The position numbers and the translations under genes are program-made. Under the pieces are notes generated by a model, which ran no database searches, had not been told where the DNA came from, and worked only from the letters and a program-made list of their open reading frames with translations. Source: an uncultured Candidatus Saccharibacteria bacterium (GTDB lineage: Bacteria; Patescibacteriota; Minisyncoccia; Phycocordibacterales; UBA918). Taken from it: 37,738 nt of DNA. The stretch is taken from contig CAZWXM010000005.1 of assembly GCA_964637855.1 (NCBI GenBank), forward strand, positions 1 through 37,738, given 5' to 3'. Shown one piece after another: positions 32,326-37,738 of this stretch. The first letter of the stretch is position 1; each line of letters begins with the position of its first letter.

Positions 32326-33858
32326 ATGATATTTCTAATGCCTAAAAAAGTTATTTCTACTTTTCTATCTCTCGTTTTATTGCTCAATGCCACAGTGGTT
32401 AGAGCCGCTGATTCGACTGCACCGGAAATTAGTAATGTGGAAATTTCTGAAGTTTCGGAAACTAGTGTGACTATTACCTGGGAAACCGATGAAGTAGCGG
32501 ATTCGCTAGTTAATTACGGCTTACAACCTGATTATGGAATCGTTAGAATCCCAGTCGCTGATAGAACTCAACATTCCATTACTCTAGATAAACTTGATCC
32601 AGGTAGAGTTTATTATTTCCGAGTCGTTTCTGCCGATAATAGTAGTAATCAGGGAATTTCGGCTGATTACCGAGTGCAAACCTCAGGTACGCCACAAGGA
32701 GCGGATGGGGAGGGAGCTTCTAGTGCTACCACTGATGGAAATGGGCAAGGGCAAGACCCGCTAGTTGGGGATGGTAATTTTGGTCAGTCAAAAACCACTA
32801 ATCAAATCATTGAACAAATCAATGAGATTACTAGCCCGCAAGCTCTGCAGGAAATTTTAAATGAGACTGTTAAAGCGATTGAAGGAATTACTGAGGATTT
32901 AACCATTGTTGGTCCACCAACCGTAGTGCCTGAAACTACCACAGCCTTAATCAAATGGACTACAGATAGATCAGCTTCCTCCGAGGTGGTATTTTCACCA
33001 ACTAATAGTTTTGATGGAAGTAACTACGCTTATAATCAAGTATCAACGGCGGGAAATACTACCGACCATGAAGTTGAGATTATTGGATTAGATCCGTTTA
33101 CTGATTATAGTTTTAAAGTTAAATCAACTGATGAATACGGTATTACTGGTGAAAGTCGCAATTATACTTTTCAAACAAAAGCCACTGCTCCAGATATTAG
33201 AAATCTACGCGTGATTAAGGTTGAGGAAAATGCTGCCACTCTAGCCTGGGATACTAACGTGCCAGCCAAAGCTTTGGTTGAATATCAAGATCAGACTACT
33301 GGATCACAAAATTCGGTCGGGCGACCAACTCTGGCGACTACTCACCAAATGCGATTAGCTGACCTTACTCTAGGAACTAGATACGTGGCTTTCGTGACAG
33401 CTGAAAATTCAGGAGGGGATAGAATCAAAAGTCAGCCGATTCAGTTTATAACCGTTAAGGATATTGCAGCGCCTATTATCACTAATGTAACTAATGAATC
33501 AACTTTATTCCCAGGGGGAGAATCAAGAATTCAAACTATTATTGAGTGGGATACTGATGAGCCAGCTTATTGTTTAATGACATATCAAGAAGGAGTAGCT
33601 GGCGGAACAGACCCATATACCATAGAAAAGGAGCAAATTAACTATTCACTTAATCATGTTGAAGTAGTGGTCGACTTTTCACCCGCCACGGTTTATCAAT
33701 TCTACCTAACTTGTACCGATGAAGCTGGTAATAAAATCCAGTCTGAGAATTTCGTGCTGTTCACACCAATTCAAGAAAAAAATATCATTGACTTAATTCT
33801 AGAAAACTTCCAAAGCACCTTCGGTTGGGTTAAAAACATTGGTGGCGGTGGCGGTTAA
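32326..33858 (+). CDS. secreted protein with four fibronectin type III-like domains
   Basis: The likely start is ATG 32338 (MPKKVISTFLSLVLLLNATVVRA signal peptide). Four units follow the pattern P.I.N....(T..)A.I.W.TD....S.V.Y...........H...L..L.P...Y.F.V.S.D..GN. A G/Q/D-rich linker follows unit 1. The protein ends in GGGG. Confidence 0.75.
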   Translation: MIFLMPKKVISTFLSLVLLLNATVVRAADSTAPEISNVEISEVSETSVTITWETDEVADSLVNYGLQPDYGIVRIPVADRTQHSITLDKLDPGRVYYFRVVSADNSSNQGISADYRVQTSGTPQGADGEGASSATTDGNGQGQDPLVGDGNFGQSKTTNQIIEQINEITSPQALQEILNETVKAIEGITEDLTIVGPPTVVPETTTALIKWTTDRSASSEVVFSPTNSFDGSNYAYNQVSTAGNTTDHEVEIIGLDPFTDYSFKVKSTDEYGITGESRNYTFQTKATAPDIRNLRVIKVEENAATLAWDTNVPAKALVEYQDQTTGSQNSVGRPTLATTHQMRLADLTLGTRYVAFVTAENSGGDRIKSQPIQFITVKDIAAPIITNVTNESTLFPGGESRIQTIIEWDTDEPAYCLMTYQEGVAGGTDPYTIEKEQINYSLNHVEVVVDFSPATVYQFYLTCTDEAGNKIQSENFVLFTPIQEKNIIDLILENFQSTFGWVKNIGGGGG

Positions 33859-33927
33859 AATTATTTACTCACCTGTACTGTGGATGTAAATACAATTAAT
33901 GAGTAAAGAGATGACATAATAGACTGT

Positions 33928-35250
33928 ATGGCGAAGCCCCTGATTATTTGTCGTGATTTATCTATTATTTACAATAAGGGTAAATCAAATGAATTTAAAG
34001 CTCTGCAAGGGGTAAGTACGGATATTTTTGAGGGTGAGTATATTATTCTCTTCGGGGCATCCGGTTCGGGAAAATCAACTTTAATGTATTCGATTCAAGG
34101 CTCCTTACCACCTGGAGACGGAACCCTGCTTATTAAAGGTGATGATATTTACTCTTATCCTCCGTCTGAACGAGTTTATTTTCAACGTTATGTGATGGGA
34201 ATTATTTTTCAGTCTTTTAACTTGATTGGCTCACTCTCGGTTTTGGATAATGTGGCTCTGCCAATGATTTTTTGTGATGCTGACAAAACTACGCGTGAGC
34301 GGCGAGCCCAATCGCTACTTGATAGATTTGGAGTGGGGCATGTATCACATAAAATTCCCTCAATGCTTTCTGGAGGACAACAGCAACGTGTGTCGGTAGC
34401 TCGTTCTATGGTTAATGACCCTAAAATTCTTTTGGCCGATGAGCCAACTGGTAACCTCGATTCGGTTTCTACTCAACAAGTAATGGACAAAATTGACGAG
34501 ATTAACACTTTTGATAGACGAACCATTATTATGGTATCGCATAATGCTGCTCACTTAAGCTACGCTCACCGAGTGTACTATCTCAAGGATGGTTTTATTG
34601 TGCGTGAAGTGGTTAATCCACAACGCAAGCAAATTAAACCCGTATTGGAAGGTGAGACGATTGTGACCGAATTAGAGCAGTTGGCACGACTATTCCCTTA
34701 TGATTCTGTGGAAACTTTGCGTGTAAAAAGTTTAGTTAATTTTTTAACTCAGGATTATTCCTTTGATCAAATTATTAGATTAGAAAGGGCGACCGCATTT
34801 TTTATTCAAGGAAAAATCGACCGAGAAGCTTATGTAAAAAGTCTGGTTTTACCAATCGAACGAGGCGGAGTGCAGATTAATGAAAACGAAGCTAGAAGAA
34901 TGGTAGGGGTGGCCACTAAGATGATTGCTCATTCAGATGATATTAGACGTTATCGAGCTCGAAAGGATAATGATGGTATTTTCTTTAGTCAACACAAATT
35001 AGCAGAAAGATTAAAGGAACACCTAACTGAGTTATACAACATAAAATTATCTAAGGAACAAAATACCAACATGACTGAGCTAATTGCCGATCGTGTGACT
35101 GGTGTAATAGAGGAGATTGATATGAATCAAAGAATGATGAAGGGAATTAGGTCTGGCGGTTTGGGATTAAGCGAAAAAGAGGCTGATGAGATTTCTCGTT
35201 ATTTTGAAAAAGTAATTGCTCAAGGAGTTGATGTTAGTTATAAAAATTAG
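33928..35250 (+). CDS. ABC transporter ATP-binding protein (MacB/LolD/FtsE-type NBD) with a ~215-aa C-terminal extension of unknown function
   Basis: Walker [10 protein letters not shown], signature [13 protein letters not shown], Walker [14 protein letters not shown]-loop VSHN. Residues from about 225 to 440 are charged and helical, with no family I recognise. TGACATAAT at 33912-33920 lies 7 nt upstream of the ATG. Confidence 0.85.
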   Translation: MAKPLIICRDLSIIYNKGKSNEFKALQGVSTDIFEGEYIILFGASGSGKSTLMYSIQGSLPPGDGTLLIKGDDIYSYPPSERVYFQRYVMGIIFQSFNLIGSLSVLDNVALPMIFCDADKTTRERRAQSLLDRFGVGHVSHKIPSMLSGGQQQRVSVARSMVNDPKILLADEPTGNLDSVSTQQVMDKIDEINTFDRRTIIMVSHNAAHLSYAHRVYYLKDGFIVREVVNPQRKQIKPVLEGETIVTELEQLARLFPYDSVETLRVKSLVNFLTQDYSFDQIIRLERATAFFIQGKIDREAYVKSLVLPIERGGVQINENEARRMVGVATKMIAHSDDIRRYRARKDNDGIFFSQHKLAERLKEHLTELYNIKLSKEQNTNMTELIADRVTGVIEEIDMNQRMMKGIRSGGLGLSEKEADEISRYFEKVIAQGVDVSYKN

Positions 35251-35258
35251 TTTAGTGA

Positions 35259-36494
35259 GTGTGTAATAATACTAGTACTGTGAGAATTCAAGATCTAGCA
35301 CAACTATCAACTCGAATGTTTAAGACCAACCCGTTGCGAACTTGGTTGACGATTTTAGGTATGGGAGTAGGAACGGGGGCAGTAGTGGTTTTAGTTGGTT
35401 TAGGTTTTGGGTTGCAACAAATTATTCTTGAGCAAATTGTGTTTGGAGAAACCCTTCTTTCTCTCGGAGTTTCTTCAACTGGGGCACAAGGTTTAAGACT
35501 AACTCAAGAAACAGTCGTGTCTTTTGAAAAAAAAGAAGCTGTACTAGACGCGGCTCCCTTAGCTAAATTTCCAGCTTTGGTCACCTACAAAGGATTGACC
35601 GGAAACGTTTTTGTGCAAGGAGTAGAGCCAGCTTACTTACGCTATGCCGGAGTCACCGCTTCAGCTGGAACTGTTTTTACTGATGTTGATGCTGGTGATA
35701 CAAATTCCATTATGCTTTCACCAGCCACCTTAAAATTGTTTGGTATTGCTGATGAAGATATGAATAGCTTTATTGGACAAAAAGTTTCTCTTCGTTTATT
35801 AGTTCCGGCTGACGATGGAACTAATGATGTTAATGAGATTATTATTGATAAGGAATACACCGTGCGTGGTATTACAAAGGAGCAAGGAGTACTTAACGCC
35901 ATGATGATGTTACCTGAGCTCAGAAACTATGTGGGAATTGAGGAATACGAAAGAATTCAGGTTAGAGTTGATTCAAATGCCAATCTACCAATCGTAGAAG
36001 CAACTCTTATAGAAGAGGGTTACCGGGTAACAGCGCTTTCAAAAACCGTTGAACAAGCCTCTAAAATTTTCCAAGGAATTCAAGCCGTCCTAGCTACCTT
36101 CGGTGGAATTGCTCTAATTGTGTCTGCTATCGGTATGTTTAATACTATGACAGTGACTCTGTTGGAGCGTACCAAAGAGATTGGTATTATGCGTACTATT
36201 GGAGCTTCACCTAATGACGTTAAATACTTATTCGTTTCAGAATCGGTAGTAGTGGGCTTTCTGGGAGGGGTGAGTGGAATTGTGATGGGAGTATCACTTG
36301 GTATTGCTGTTAATTTATTCCTAAACTTCGTGGCTGGTCAATTCGGTGGCCAGTCAGTTAAACTTTTTTCTTTCCCACTCAATTTCTTGTTATTTATTGC
36401 TGTTTTCTCGGCGGCGGTTGGTTACTTAACGGGAATCTTTCCAGCTCGTCGTGCCTCAACTCTAAATCCACTTGATGCTATTCGTTACGAGTAA
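35259..36494 (+). CDS. ABC transporter permease, FtsX/MacB-type (4 TM with a large extracytoplasmic domain)
   Basis: NPLRTWLTILGMGVGTGAVVV (TM1), an extracytoplasmic domain of about 220 aa, then the FtsX-domain signature LERTKEIGIMRTIGASPNDVKYLF plus three C-terminal TMs. The start is uncertain: GTG 35259, GTG 35280 (MRIQDLAQL...) or ATG 35316. Confidence 0.8.
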   Translation: MCNNTSTVRIQDLAQLSTRMFKTNPLRTWLTILGMGVGTGAVVVLVGLGFGLQQIILEQIVFGETLLSLGVSSTGAQGLRLTQETVVSFEKKEAVLDAAPLAKFPALVTYKGLTGNVFVQGVEPAYLRYAGVTASAGTVFTDVDAGDTNSIMLSPATLKLFGIADEDMNSFIGQKVSLRLLVPADDGTNDVNEIIIDKEYTVRGITKEQGVLNAMMMLPELRNYVGIEEYERIQVRVDSNANLPIVEATLIEEGYRVTALSKTVEQASKIFQGIQAVLATFGGIALIVSAIGMFNTMTVTLLERTKEIGIMRTIGASPNDVKYLFVSESVVVGFLGGVSGIVMGVSLGIAVNLFLNFVAGQFGGQSVKLFSFPLNFLLFIAVFSAAVGYLTGIFPARRASTLNPLDAIRYE

Positions 36495-36499
36495 AATAG

Positions 36500-36541
36500 T
36501 TATCCACACTTATCCACAACCAGAATAAATATTGTGTATAA
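36500..36541. promoter_or_regulatory. cluster of DnaA-box 9-mers (two perfect tandem TTATCCACA plus one inverted TTATACACA)
   Basis: TTATCCACA at 36500-36508 and 36510-36518 (10-bp phasing). TGTGTATAA at 36533-36541 is the reverse complement of TTATACACA. The outer sequences also form a 14-bp imperfect inverted repeat, AATAGTTATCCACA / TGTGTATAACTATT. Confidence 0.45.
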
Positions 36542-36602
36542 CTATTAAATCGACTTAATATTATAGGTACAATGTAGTTAAGTTAGTTATTTATTTATTA
36601 TT

Positions 36603-37738
36603 ATGACGTACAAACACGTAGAATTTCCAAAATATGTTCGCACTGCCGGAAAAGTAACCATCCTTACAGCCATAACTGGTCTTTTGGTGTTTATCTTTGC
36701 CTTTGCCATTGATGTCGGAACAAAAGAGTTAAGTAAAGTGTCGGCTCAAACTGCTACTACCACTTTAACAGTGTTGAATACCCCTCCAGTCTTTACTGTT
36801 GGTGCGTATGAAATAGCTGAATCCTCAACTTCAACTCCAACCAACTCAAGTAGTCTTGTTAGTTGGGGAGCAGTTGGTACAGATGCTAACGGTGCCAACT
36901 ATTACCTACTTGTCTGTAGTACTAATGCAACTCCAACTCCAAACCCATCAGCTGCCCCAGTTTGTGGCGGTGGAGTACAATGGGGAGTTTCTACCTCTAC
37001 TATCAGTGGAACTCAGGCCTACGTAGCTACTACAACTACTGAAGCAGCTCCATTTGCAGAACAAAATAACTGGTATGCGTGGGTATGTGACGGTGACTCA
37101 GTTGATCCAAGATGTTCAATAACTCCTGTTCAAGGTATCAATGCTACCAACTCATCACCTTTCTTTGTTAATAAGCGTCCAGTATTATCAAGCTTCGATA
37201 ATGATGGTCCAGCCAATCCAGGTGCTGTAATAAACTTCTACTCAACCTCAACTGATCCAGACGTTGTGGATACTGAAGATGATATATATCTAATTGTTTG
37301 TTCAGGTACTGATTACAGTACTACTACTAATACTTGTGCTTCCTTAATTTCTTCTACTACCGTTGGTGTAACGGCTGATGCTTCTGCTTCTTACACACTA
37401 CCAGCCATCATTAGAGATGATGCCTATCCAGCTTATGGCTATATAGTAGATGAACATGGGCATGAAGCTACAGCTAACCCAATTCAGCAGGACTTTACAG
37501 TAAATAACGTAGCTCCGACAGTTTTGGGTGGCGATATTGACTTAAATGGTGGTCTTGACATGACACTTACTATTCCAGCCGCCGAAACAACTGGATTCAC
37601 CTTAGGTTTTACAATCAGAGATGCTAACAGTTGTCTTACAGCCGCTTCAACTAGTGAAATCGTTGGTTATAATGTCTCAGTCTTTAGATCAAGTATTGGT
37701 ACTTCAACCTGTGATGCGACCGCTGGTTCATATGATCC
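36603..37738 (+). CDS. 5' part of a further membrane-anchored T/S/A-rich, Cys-containing surface protein (runs off the window)
   Basis: ATG 36603, open to the window end (378 codons) and so absent from the ORF track. MTYKHVEFPKYVRTAGKVTILTAITGLLVFIFAFAI is a signal anchor. Recurring ...YLLVCS/YLIVCS...C...C modules follow. Confidence 0.7.
   Translation, partial: MTYKHVEFPKYVRTAGKVTILTAITGLLVFIFAFAIDVGTKELSKVSAQTATTTLTVLNTPPVFTVGAYEIAESSTSTPTNSSSLVSWGAVGTDANGANYYLLVCSTNATPTPNPSAAPVCGGGVQWGVSTSTISGTQAYVATTTTEAAPFAEQNNWYAWVCDGDSVDPRCSITPVQGINATNSSPFFVNKRPVLSSFDNDGPANPGAVINFYSTSTDPDVVDTEDDIYLIVCSGTDYSTTTNTCASLISSTTVGVTADASASYTLPAIIRDDAYPAYGYIVDEHGHEATANPIQQDFTVNNVAPTVLGGDIDLNGGLDMTLTIPAAETTGFTLGFTIRDANSCLTAASTSEIVGYNVSVFRSSIGTSTCDATAGSYD

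Noticed and set aside
33859-33927. Terminator after the FN3 gene (TTTACTCA ... TGAGTAAA)
   Set aside because: It has an 8-bp AT-rich stem, a ~28-nt loop and no U-tract, which is too weak to call. The region more likely just carries the promoter of the ABC ATPase gene.
1-37738. Alternative genetic code (UGA recoded, as in some candidate phyla)
   Set aside because: The NUDIX ORF ends at a TGA right after a complete domain. All long ORFs, including the 19.5-kb one, are intact under the standard code, and Trp is encoded by TGG throughout.

Overview
This is an AT-rich bacterial window with few Shine-Dalgarno sites. It uses the standard genetic code: TGA ends the NUDIX ORF and a 19.5-kb ORF stays open. 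I call 18 CDS (2 partial), all on the + strand except one. I found no rRNA, tRNA, CRISPR array, transposase or integrase.

The left 5.6 kb holds stress and maintenance genes:
- a CAP/SCP-domain membrane protein
- a UmuD-like S24 peptidase
- a GH18-like hydrolase
- a NUDIX hydrolase (- strand)
- a UmuC-like Y-family polymerase

Two direct copies of a conserved ~77-nt element closed by inverted repeats bracket the CAP-umuD-GH18 unit.

From 5972 to the right edge runs a co-directional island of secreted or membrane-anchored surface proteins:
- a possibly WxL-like secreted protein and a DUF916/DUF3324-like (WxLIP-like) protein
- a small coiled-coil membrane protein
- a dockerin-bearing protein, followed after an Hsp20 gene by a membrane-anchored cohesin-like protein
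- a giant mosaic protein of about 6507 aa (12793-32316)
- a 4x FN3 secreted protein
- a MacB/FtsX-type ABC transporter whose ATPase has a long C-terminal extension
- the start of another surface protein

The giant protein contains His-rich tail-collar-like repeats, duplicated propeller-like modules, three beta-helix-like super-repeats and two DUF2341/LamG units.

Six genes have a -10-like hexamer 6-7 nt upstream of the ATG, which suggests leaderless mRNAs. The gene content, the giant surface protein and the lack of SD sites fit a CPR/Patescibacteria-like organism, but that is inference only. All family assignments come from motifs read by eye in the translations, and no searches were run.
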